63,193 nucleotides of DNA. Source: an uncultured Gemmatimonas sp. GTDB lineage: Bacteria > Gemmatimonadota > Gemmatimonadetes > Gemmatimonadales > GWC2-71-9. The stretch's first letter is position 1. Each line of letters begins with the position of its first letter. The DNA is taken from positions 1-63,193 of the forward strand of contig CAZFSA010000002.1 of NCBI GenBank assembly GCA_964521535.1. Reading direction: 5' to 3'. Under the pieces are notes generated by a model. The model was not told the DNA's origin. It did no database searches and was given only the letters and a program-made list of their open reading frames with translations. Position numbers and translations under genes: made by a program. Positions 26,978-34,470 of the stretch are shown one piece after another.

Positions 26978-28273
26978 CTACTTCACGCGAACGATCTTGA
27001 GCCCGCCGAGGCCCCCCGCCACCAGGAGATGCTTGGCCCGGTAGGCCACATGGTTGGCGGACTGGAGCCGGGCGAACCGAAGCCGGCCGAGCACCGCGAT
27101 CGTCTGGGGCGCTTCGCTGCCGGTCGACGAGAAGGCGGTGGCGCCCTGGGCCAGGTAGACGCCCGCCTCGCCGTTCGAGATGAACAGCAGGTCGTCCTCC
27201 GCCGACACCGCATTGGTCACGACCACCGAGGGCGACAGGCCCAGCTCCGCCGGATCCGGGCGGGGTACCGAGCCCAGCAGCGCGCCGGTTACCGTGCTCA
27301 GCACCTGCACCCCTGCCGGGCCCGCGGCGAGGAACGCCTTCCCGCCGGCCACCTCGACCGTGGACTTCGACTCGGCCACGTCGGCGCCCTGAAAGGGGAA
27401 GGTGCCCAGGCTGGACAGCGTCGCCTCGTCAAGGACGGCCAGCCGGCCCGGGGTACCCTGCGCCACAAGAACCCGACCGCCCGCGACAGCCACCCATCGG
27501 GCGTCGTCCATCGGAAGGAACCGGACCAGCGTCAGCGAACTGCGGTCCAGCACGAAGAGACCCCCACCATCGCCCGCGGTGGCATAGACCCGGTTGCCCG
27601 AGGCGGTAACACCCGTCCCGGCATAGCTGGAAAGCCCGGCACGGCGACTGGCCGCGCCGGCCAACACGCTGCCCCGCAGCTCGAGCAGGTCCAGCGCCGC
27701 CGGGGCCTCCAGCGACTCGTCGCCGGTCGCACCAGCCAGCAGCACGTCGCCGCCGAGCACGTCGACCGCGTTGACATCCATGTTCTTGTAGAGCGCCTGC
27801 GACTTGAGGACCGGCCGGCTTTCGTTGGTGATGTCGATCACGTCCACCCCACCCAGGTACGGCTCGCCGATCATCGCGTAACTCACGACCGCGAGGTTGC
27901 CCCGGACCGCCACGGACGTGGCCTGAAGAAGCTGTCCGCCGATCGAAGGTGGCGCGATCTCCGCCGTCAACTCCAGCGACGGGGCAAGCATGGCCGACTG
28001 ACTGCCACCAGCCCAGCCGCTGGTGGCCGCAGCCCTGGAGTACCCGACGCCGACCTGGTCCACCTGGACCACCTCGGCGTGGTAGGTGATCCGGCTGGCG
28101 AAGGCAGCCGGATCGCTGGTGATCGAGACGTGGGCGTCAGAGTAGTCCGGCGGCGGGGCCGGCGGCGCCACCGGCCCGGTGGAGTCGCCGCACGCCGCCA
28201 GGAGGACTGGCAGCATGCAGCCCGCGACTACGAGACGCAACCGGCTGAAAGCCAAAGGCCATCCCCTGAGCAT
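26978..28273 (-). CDS. Beta-propeller lipoprotein (LVIVD-repeat-like)
   Basis: Signal/lipobox MLRGWPLAFSRLRLVVAGCMLPVLLAACG. Repeated ~40-aa units are present (NLAVVSY..., DVLLAGA..., NRVYATA..., GRVLVAQ..., GKAFLAA..., DLLFISN..., KHLLVAG...). An alternative start lies at 28216. Confidence 0.65.
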   Translation of the reverse strand: MLRGWPLAFSRLRLVVAGCMLPVLLAACGDSTGPVAPPAPPPDYSDAHVSITSDPAAFASRITYHAEVVQVDQVGVGYSRAAATSGWAGGSQSAMLAPSLELTAEIAPPSIGGQLLQATSVAVRGNLAVVSYAMIGEPYLGGVDVIDITNESRPVLKSQALYKNMDVNAVDVLGGDVLLAGATGDESLEAPAALDLLELRGSVLAGAASRRAGLSSYAGTGVTASGNRVYATAGDGGGLFVLDRSSLTLVRFLPMDDARWVAVAGGRVLVAQGTPGRLAVLDEATLSSLGTFPFQGADVAESKSTVEVAGGKAFLAAGPAGVQVLSTVTGALLGSVPRPDPAELGLSPSVVVTNAVSAEDDLLFISNGEAGVYLAQGATAFSSTGSEAPQTIAVLGRLRFARLQSANHVAYRAKHLLVAGGLGGLKIVRVK

Positions 28274-31088
28274 TCACGGACCTCAGGGATGGCAAGTCCC
28301 GTTCCCAGCTGAACGAGCACCCGGAATGCACGCCCTTGCACCTCCGGGCCTTCGAGCCTGGGGGCGAGCCTCGCCCCACCATTCCGCCGGCTCCCAGCCG
28401 GTACGGAAGGGCATCGGCAGCGCGCCCTGCCTGCGACCCGCCGGTGGCGCGGTTGGAGCGATCCAGCCCGGCGAGCCGCCTCGTGGCCAGCGCCGACAGC
28501 ACGGGCCAGGTCTCGAAATCGGGATCGGGGATCCGGAACCGCTCCACCGCGCGGTACAGCTCCGCCGCGCGGCCGCGGTCACCGGCAAGCATCGCCACGT
28601 CCGCCTCGAACAAGGCCACTGTGCTGGTCGACCGCCCGTGGAAGGTCTCCTCCCGGCTCGCCGCGAGATGCCAGGCGGCCTCGGCAGGCCGCCCCTCAAG
28701 TGCGGCCCGGGCGCCCGCCACCGTACGCAGAGCGAGACTGTAACTCCTGAGGCCGCGGCCGGCATCGAGAAGGCGAAGGGCAGCGCCCTCCGCCGTGACC
28801 AGCCGGTGATCGCGAAGCCACGCGCCCAGGATCGCCACCCGCTCGTGAAGCCGGGCGAGGGCCGCCGCCGAGAGGTCGGCGCGGTCCACCCAGGCCTTTG
28901 CCTCCCACGCCAGCCTGCGGGCGCCCCCGGTGTCGCCCGCCGCGCTCTCGGCGATGGCCTGGAGAATCAGAGCGCGTACCGCGAACTGGCGCGGCGGCAC
29001 GATGCGAGCGAGCTCGGGAATCATCGCCCGGGCTTCCTCCAGCCGGCCCAGCGCCAGGGTCGGCGCGTGCCGGCGGTAGTCCCGGCGGCGGGCGGCGTCG
29101 TCTGCCGGGAGACCCTGGAGCGTGGAATCGAGCACCGCGAGCGCGCCCGGCCAGTCGCGGCGGATCAGCGCCGTGAGGTACCTCGCCTCGTGGTAGGGCC
29201 GGGGGTCACGCGCCGCCAGCGCGCCAGTGACGGCGAGGGCCGCAGCTGTATCGCCGACCGAGATCAGGGCGTAGAGCCGGTTGTTGATCGCCGGGACCCC
29301 CGCCGACGGGTCGAGCTGGTAGGCGGTGTCGGCTGCCGCGGCCGCGGCCCGATGCTGACCGAGCGCCCGAAGGGTCCAGGCCATCCCCTCATAGGCCAGC
29401 ACCTCGTTCGGGTACGCGCTCCGAAGCTGCAGGTAGTTGGCGAGCGCGCTGTCGGGACGATCGGCGACCAGCTGGTAATACCGCGCCCCCACCAGCAGCC
29501 GCTCACGGATCGGGGCCAGATCGGCCAGCGCCCGCGCGCGGGTGAGGTGCGTCTCGGCATGGCGCTGCTCGTCGGCCCACCAGAGGAGGTCACCCACGAG
29601 GTAATGGGCCAGGGGAAAGAGGCTGTCGTGCGCGAGGGCTCCCTCGCCCAGCGCAAGCGCCGCCGGCCGGTCGCCGCGGGCGAGCGCCACCCGGGCGAGG
29701 GCATACTGTTCCAGCGCCTCGAGGGAGGCGGTGGTGACCGCAGGGAGCGGCCGAGCCGCCGAGTCCACGGGTAGCCTGCTCAGCTTGGCCCGAAGCTTCC
29801 GGGCCACGCGGCCCACTTCGGCGATCACCTGATCGGCCCGTTCCGGGCGGGCGCTCACCGTAACCACGGGGCTCCGGGCGCGTGAGGGCACAACCTGGAT
29901 CACCAGCTGCAAGCCCCCGGCCAGCGGCGCCACGCTGCCCGTGATTGCGTATTGCGCGCCGTGCCGCTCGGCGACGTCCAGCACCACGGGCGGAGTGAGG
30001 CGGGTGGTGGGCGGTAGCTGCATCAGGGCCAGCACCTCCCGGATCCGGAACTCGTCCACCAGACGGATCCCACCGTCACCGGCGAGCTCAGCCCGGAGGG
30101 CCTCTCGCACGGCCATCGCCATCACGGAGTCGGCGCCCGCCAACTCCCCGAGCACCGCAACCCGGGGTGCGGCGGGAGCGTGTGACAGGAAGCGCGGCAG
30201 CACGAGGCCGACGGCGAGCCCAGCCGCGGCCACCGCCAGCACCAGGCTCGACTTCCGGGTCCCGCTCCCCCGCCGCGGGCGCAGTCCCGATCCCAGGGCG
30301 TCGGCGGAGCGTCCCGCAGGCTCTACGGCCGGCGTGGCGCTCGCACCTACGGCTACCGGCTCCGGTCCACCCGGCGGCGGTGCCAGGCGGAGCTGCCCCG
30401 CGAACCCCTCCACCGCCGGATCCGGCTCGGCATCCAGCTCGGCACGGAGCAGTTCGGCGTGAACGCGGGCGTGCCGGATGGCGGCGGCGCGGTCGCCGGC
30501 GGCGCTCAACGCCTCCATCAGTGAGAGCGTCACCCGGGCATCGAGGGGATCGAGCGCCGCCCGGCGGCGCCACCACCTGGCTGCCACCGCGTGATCGCCG
30601 GCCGTGGCGGCGCGGGTGGCGAGCGCTTCCAGCGCCTCTGCCATCGCCGCCGCCAGCTCGCTCCGCTCGGCTTCCACCCACCGATCAAACTCGGGAGCAC
30701 CGTCGATGAAGAACCCGTCCAGGAAGGGACCCGCGTAGATCGAGACCGCCCGCTCGGGATCGCCTCGCTTGAGCGCGGCGCGCAGCTCGCGCACATCCGA
30801 CCGGACGATCGCAGGATCGAGCCTGAGCTCGTCGACGCCGGCCATGATCGCCGCCTCGCCCAGGTCCCGCCGGAGCGCCGACAGCAGCTGCGAGAGCGAG
30901 TGCCGTCCCCGCTCCTCGTCCCGTTCCGGCCAGAGCAGCGCGACGATCTTGTCGCGGCGTACCGGTCGCTCGTCAGCAGCCGCGAGGTAGGCGAGCAGCG
31001 CCAGGCGGCGGCGCTGGGTGGCCCGGCCCTCGAGCGGCCGACCGTCCCGCTCCAGGGAGATACCGCCCAAGGTCCTGAGCCGGAACAT
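28137..31088 (-). CDS. SARP/BTAD-family transcriptional regulator with TM segment and C-terminal TPR array
   Basis: Trimmed to ATG 31088 (MFRLRTLGGISLERDGRPLEG...). Domains, in order:
- Winged-helix OmpR/SARP domain (RRRLALLAYLAA..., LWPERDEERGRHSLSQLLSALRR).
- BTAD domain (...RAVSIYAGPFLDGF...EAER).
- Hydrophobic segment SSLVLAVAAAGLAVGLVL.
- About 600 aa of TPR-like helices.
The last ~100 codons are low-complexity and overlap the next gene. Confidence 0.8.
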   Translation of the reverse strand: MFRLRTLGGISLERDGRPLEGRATQRRRLALLAYLAAADERPVRRDKIVALLWPERDEERGRHSLSQLLSALRRDLGEAAIMAGVDELRLDPAIVRSDVRELRAALKRGDPERAVSIYAGPFLDGFFIDGAPEFDRWVEAERSELAAAMAEALEALATRAATAGDHAVAARWWRRRAALDPLDARVTLSLMEALSAAGDRAAAIRHARVHAELLRAELDAEPDPAVEGFAGQLRLAPPPGGPEPVAVGASATPAVEPAGRSADALGSGLRPRRGSGTRKSSLVLAVAAAGLAVGLVLPRFLSHAPAAPRVAVLGELAGADSVMAMAVREALRAELAGDGGIRLVDEFRIREVLALMQLPPTTRLTPPVVLDVAERHGAQYAITGSVAPLAGGLQLVIQVVPSRARSPVVTVSARPERADQVIAEVGRVARKLRAKLSRLPVDSAARPLPAVTTASLEALEQYALARVALARGDRPAALALGEGALAHDSLFPLAHYLVGDLLWWADEQRHAETHLTRARALADLAPIRERLLVGARYYQLVADRPDSALANYLQLRSAYPNEVLAYEGMAWTLRALGQHRAAAAAADTAYQLDPSAGVPAINNRLYALISVGDTAAALAVTGALAARDPRPYHEARYLTALIRRDWPGALAVLDSTLQGLPADDAARRRDYRRHAPTLALGRLEEARAMIPELARIVPPRQFAVRALILQAIAESAAGDTGGARRLAWEAKAWVDRADLSAAALARLHERVAILGAWLRDHRLVTAEGAALRLLDAGRGLRSYSLALRTVAGARAALEGRPAEAAWHLAASREETFHGRSTSTVALFEADVAMLAGDRGRAAELYRAVERFRIPDPDFETWPVLSALATRRLAGLDRSNRATGGSQAGRAADALPYRLGAGGMVGRGSPPGSKARRCKGVHSGCSFSWERDLPSLRSVNAQGMAFGFQPVASRSRGLHAASPPGGVRRLHRAGGAAGPAAGLL

Positions 31089-31154
31089 CTTGCGCGCGGT
31101 TGACGATAGCCGGAGAGATGGATGACCGGCGACTTCTATCATACCGGCCGAACC

Positions 31155-31195
31155 GGGGGGGCAGCAAGCAGAGCCCGACGGGGCTCTCCCCCCCC
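31155..31195 (+). promoter_or_regulatory. Structured 5' leader element upstream of the PCC-module operon
   Basis: A G7 run (31155-31161) and a C8 run (31188-31195) flank a perfect hairpin, AGAGCCC-GACG-GGGCTCT (31170-31187). The element ends 8 nt before the GGAGG RBS (31203-31207) of the gene starting at 31215. Confidence 0.35.
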
Positions 31196-31214
31196 ACGAA
31201 TCGGAGGTCACCGC

Positions 31215-31775
31215 ATGCGCCGCCTGGTTGGCACCCTCCTGGCAATCGCGGGGTGGGCCGTACCCGCCGTGGCTCAGCAAGGCGGGGCCCGGCCCGCGTC
31301 GGCCACGCCGTGCTGCGCCATCGCCTCGATCGACCGGTCCACCGGGGTGGTCACCGCGCGTGAGACCGCCACCGGCCACGTGTTCCGCTTCACGGTGAAG
31401 GATCGTACGCTCCTGTCGCAGCTTCGGACCGGCCAGCAGGTCTGGGCCGACTACGCCTCGGGGACGGTGAGCGTCGAGCCCGGCGACCCCTGCTGCGCGA
31501 TCATGCCGGCCCCGGCTGCGGACGCCCAGCCGGATCCGGTAGAGCCCTGTTGTGGCGTGACGGCGGTGGATCGTGCCACCGGCGTCGTAACCGCCCGGGT
31601 AACGGCCAGCGGCCGGCTCTTTCGCTTCCAGGTCACCGACGCCGCGCTGCTCCGTTCGCTGGCGCCACGCGCCAGGGTCTGGGTCCTCACGAGGGGCGGT
31701 ACCCGGCAGGTAGGGCTTCGTCCGGGAGAACCATGCTGCAACGTGGTCGGCGCCCTCCCGCCGGACCTGCCATGA
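31215..31775 (+). CDS. Secreted protein with two tandem ~60-aa modules each bracketed by vicinal Cys-Cys (PCC) motifs
   Basis: GGAGG RBS lies 7 nt upstream of ATG 31215. Signal peptide is MRRLVGTLLAIAGWAVPAVAQQ. Module 1 is PCCAIASIDRSTGVVTARETATGHVFRFTV...GDPCCAI. Module 2 is PCCGVTAVDRATGVVTARVTASGRLFRFQV...GEPCCNV. Confidence 0.75.
   Translation: MRRLVGTLLAIAGWAVPAVAQQGGARPASATPCCAIASIDRSTGVVTARETATGHVFRFTVKDRTLLSQLRTGQQVWADYASGTVSVEPGDPCCAIMPAPAADAQPDPVEPCCGVTAVDRATGVVTARVTASGRLFRFQVTDAALLRSLAPRARVWVLTRGGTRQVGLRPGEPCCNVVGALPPDLP
31308..31742 (+). repeat. Intragenic tandem duplication (two PCC-bracketed modules)
   Basis: Module 1 spans 31308-31499 and module 2 spans 31545-31742. Shared pattern: PCC-x3-(I/V)D(R)xTGVVTARxTAxGxxFRFxVxDxxLLxxL...VW...PG(D/E)PCC. 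Confidence 0.8.
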
Positions 31776-31808
31776 GGGGTGCAAAACCGCGCGAACAGCC
31801 ACCCCTCA
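31773..31808 (+). terminator. Intra-operon stem-loop (attenuator / partial terminator candidate)
   Basis: Perfect 9-bp stem TGAGGGGTG (31773-31781, includes the stop codon) / CACCCCTCA (31800-31808) with an 18-nt loop. It lies in the 64-nt gap between the first and second operon genes. No U tract. Confidence 0.35.
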
Positions 31809-31839
31809 TCCCGCCCACCCTTCATGTTCGAGGCTTTCC

Positions 31840-33519
31840 GTGACTTTGTCCCCTGATGGGACCCGCTCGGCCGCCCCAAGGCTCGTGATCGGGGTGATGC
31901 TCATGCTCGCCTCGCCGGCCGCCGCGCAGGCGCCGACCGCCCGCGGCCCCGCGTTCAAGGGTATCTGGGAGCCGGTGAGCTACTCCGAGGACCTCGACCT
32001 GGCCGACGTGTTCTTCGTCACCACCGACATCGGCTGGGCCTCCGGTAAGGGGGGAACCATCCTCCACACCCGCGACGGCGGGGCCACCTGGACCGCACAG
32101 CTGGGCGGCGATCCGGCGTCGACCGACTCCCGGATCGACCGGCTCCGCTTCCTGGACGAGCACCGGGGCTGGGCGATCCAGGACAAGAAGCTGCTGCAGA
32201 CCGCCGACGGGGAATCGTGGGAGGAGGTTGCAACCTTCCCGTTCCGGCCCGGCGACCTCGCGTTCGTCTCGCCCCGCCGGGGCGTGGTCGCCCTGGGCGC
32301 CACCGCCCAGAGCTACCCTGATCAGGTGCAGCTCACCACGGATGGCGGCCGCACCTGGAAGCCGGTGGCAGCCTGCGTGGTCAAGGTGACCATCGACGGC
32401 CTCAACCGGACCCTGCGCTGCCAGATCGAGCAGTTCCACTTTCCCAGCGCCTCGGTGGGATACTTCGTGGCGCGCGTGCAATGCGTGGGCATGGGATGCG
32501 GCGGGCCGCCGATCCTGGGGAAGACCGAGGATGCTGGCGAGACCTGGCAGCTCCTGATCGGTCCGGGCGACGTCAAGCTGACGGCGCTCCGCGATCTCTT
32601 CTTCACCGATGAGGCCACCGGCGTGGTGACGGCGTCGGACAAGAGGGTCTACCTCACCACGGATGGCGGCGCCACCTGGCGGGGTATCGTCGCCACGCCC
32701 GGCACCTGGACCCGCTTCGCCGATCCCGAGGTGGGCTGGTCCTTCCACGAATACCACCTGAGCTACACCGTCGACGGCGGCACGCGCTGGCTGTCCCGGC
32801 CGCATCGGTTTCCCGCCGCTCCGCGGGCCCTGAGCCTCCCCCGGCGGGATCGAGCCTACGTGGCCGGCGACCACGGCATGGTCTTTCGTTACCGGGTCGT
32901 GCCCGCGTCCACCCCGACGGCGCAGGGCGTGATCGTGACCGCAGCCATGCCCGCCTTCACCTCGCCCCTCGAAAACGAGGCGGCCCGGGTGATCCCGGTG
33001 ATCGACGAACTGAAGGCAGCGGTGGCGAAGGCGCCCGGACCGGGCGCGCCCAATGGCGGTGCGGCAGCCCGTGACAGTGCCGCCAGCGTCGACCCGCCGA
33101 GCCCGGAACAGGTCGTGGCGCAGGCGCCCTCGGGCTTCACCAGGACCTGCTGCACTCAGCCACTCAACAAGCTCGGGCTCCTGATCACCGCACTGGGCCG
33201 AAGTCTGCCCGCCTTCCTGGCGCAGTACCGGAACACCAACCTGCTTGCCGCCGGCCTCCGGATGATGGCCGACCTGCCGGGCCGCTTCGGCGAGCTGCGC
33301 GCGGCCCTCGGCGCCTTCAAGCAGGCAGGCGACAAGGCGGCGGCCGAGGCCGCGCTGGTCCGGATCGAGGCCGCGGCCGCCGAACTCCACCAGTCGGCCA
33401 GGGCAGCGTTCCAGAGCGAGGTGCCGCCGCCCAGCCGCGACGCGGCGGAGGACGATCGGGCGGAAGGACAGAGTCCCGTGACCACGCCCCGCTCGCTCCT
33501 TGCCCCCAACCGCTCCTGA
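31840..33519 (+). CDS. Secreted BNR/Asp-box (Ycf48/sialidase-like) beta-propeller protein with C-terminal helical extension
   Basis: GTG start with signal peptide (…RLVIGVMLMLASPAAAQA). Repeated S/TxDGGxTW boxes are present (TRDGGATW, TADGESW, TTDGGRTW, TEDAGETW, TTDGGATW, TVDGGTRW). The ~190-aa Ala-rich helical tail contains TRTCCTQP (CC at 33148-33153). Confidence 0.8.
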   Translation: MTLSPDGTRSAAPRLVIGVMLMLASPAAAQAPTARGPAFKGIWEPVSYSEDLDLADVFFVTTDIGWASGKGGTILHTRDGGATWTAQLGGDPASTDSRIDRLRFLDEHRGWAIQDKKLLQTADGESWEEVATFPFRPGDLAFVSPRRGVVALGATAQSYPDQVQLTTDGGRTWKPVAACVVKVTIDGLNRTLRCQIEQFHFPSASVGYFVARVQCVGMGCGGPPILGKTEDAGETWQLLIGPGDVKLTALRDLFFTDEATGVVTASDKRVYLTTDGGATWRGIVATPGTWTRFADPEVGWSFHEYHLSYTVDGGTRWLSRPHRFPAAPRALSLPRRDRAYVAGDHGMVFRYRVVPASTPTAQGVIVTAAMPAFTSPLENEAARVIPVIDELKAAVAKAPGPGAPNGGAAARDSAASVDPPSPEQVVAQAPSGFTRTCCTQPLNKLGLLITALGRSLPAFLAQYRNTNLLAAGLRMMADLPGRFGELRAALGAFKQAGDKAAAEAALVRIEAAAAELHQSARAAFQSEVPPPSRDAAEDDRAEGQSPVTTPRSLLAPNRS

Positions 33520-33531
33520 GGGGAGGCTCTC

Positions 33532-34443
33532 ATGAGGCGTGTATCGTTCGCCCGAGCGAGCCCGTGCGGCGCGTTCGCCGCGGTGTCACTGTTCGCCCTG
33601 GCTTCGACCCTCGCCGCACAGCGGCCGGCGCCGACGCTACCTGTGAATCCGGCCGCGGCGGCGGCGGTCGCCGCGGCGTTTCGCGAGGCACTGGGACAGC
33701 CCGCCGGGCGCGCTGCGGTCCGCGCCGAGGTCCTGCGCCAGTTGCGCCGCAACCACCCCGCCGCGCTGGTATCGGGGCTCTGGGTGACCCCGGCCGATCT
33801 GGGTTCCATCCTCGCCGCGCCGGCCGTCCGCGTCGTGCTCACCGCCAAGCTCGGCACCGCGGGGCTTCGGACCGTCGACGCTATGATCGCCGACCCCTCA
33901 CGCCGCATCGGCCTGATCCTCACCCCCTCGTGGCTGGGCCCACTGCTCATGGGCGACCTGGCCCGCGACATCCTTGCCTCGATGGGTGTCGAGGCGGCGC
34001 GGAACCAGCGGACGGACGTGGCCGCCGTCGACGACGTCCTCCTCGTCACCATGGCCTTGTTCGGCGCTGGCCTGATTATCGGCCTTTGGGGCGGCGAACT
34101 GATTCACCACTGGTTGGATCCTGCCCCTGATCCCGCGCCGCCGCCATTCAACCCCAATGCGGACCTCGATGGCGACGGCCTTCCAAACTACAAGGACGAC
34201 GATGACGACGGTGACGGGTACAACGACGAGGATGAACACTACCCCGATGATTCCACCCGGCACATCTGCGACTGCGGCCGACCGGGCGCCTACTTCGGGT
34301 CGAGCCTCACCCCGGGCGCGATCCGCGGGATCAACGCGGCCATCGATCTCGCCCAGTCCCAGCTCCGGAGCGCGATCCCGGTGGGTCCGGTGGCAGCGGG
34401 CCGCGCCGGAACGATCCGGGTCATCGTCCCGACCGTTCCCTGA
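33532..34443 (+). CDS. Secreted/membrane protein with Asp-rich Ca-binding-like (thrombospondin type-3-like) segment
   Basis: GGGGAGG RBS upstream of ATG 33532. The protein has a signal peptide, an internal hydrophobic helix (VLLVTMALFGAGLIIGLWGG) and the segment NADLDGDGLPNYKDDDDDGDGYNDEDEHYPDD (34153-34251), followed by a CDC motif. Confidence 0.7.
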   Translation: MRRVSFARASPCGAFAAVSLFALASTLAAQRPAPTLPVNPAAAAAVAAAFREALGQPAGRAAVRAEVLRQLRRNHPAALVSGLWVTPADLGSILAAPAVRVVLTAKLGTAGLRTVDAMIADPSRRIGLILTPSWLGPLLMGDLARDILASMGVEAARNQRTDVAAVDDVLLVTMALFGAGLIIGLWGGELIHHWLDPAPDPAPPPFNPNADLDGDGLPNYKDDDDDGDGYNDEDEHYPDDSTRHICDCGRPGAYFGSSLTPGAIRGINAAIDLAQSQLRSAIPVGPVAAGRAGTIRVIVPTVP

Positions 34444-34470
34444 ACCCGCCGACCCGCGAGGAGGTACCTC

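Noticed and set aside
31089-31154. SARP-type direct heptamer repeats / sigma-70 boxes in the divergent region between the regulator and the PCC operon
   Set aside because: I found a TTGACG (31100-31105), a TATCAT (31137-31142) and two TGAC(G/C) motifs 22 nt apart. The -35/-10 spacing (31 nt) is wrong, and the repeats are too short to distinguish from chance.
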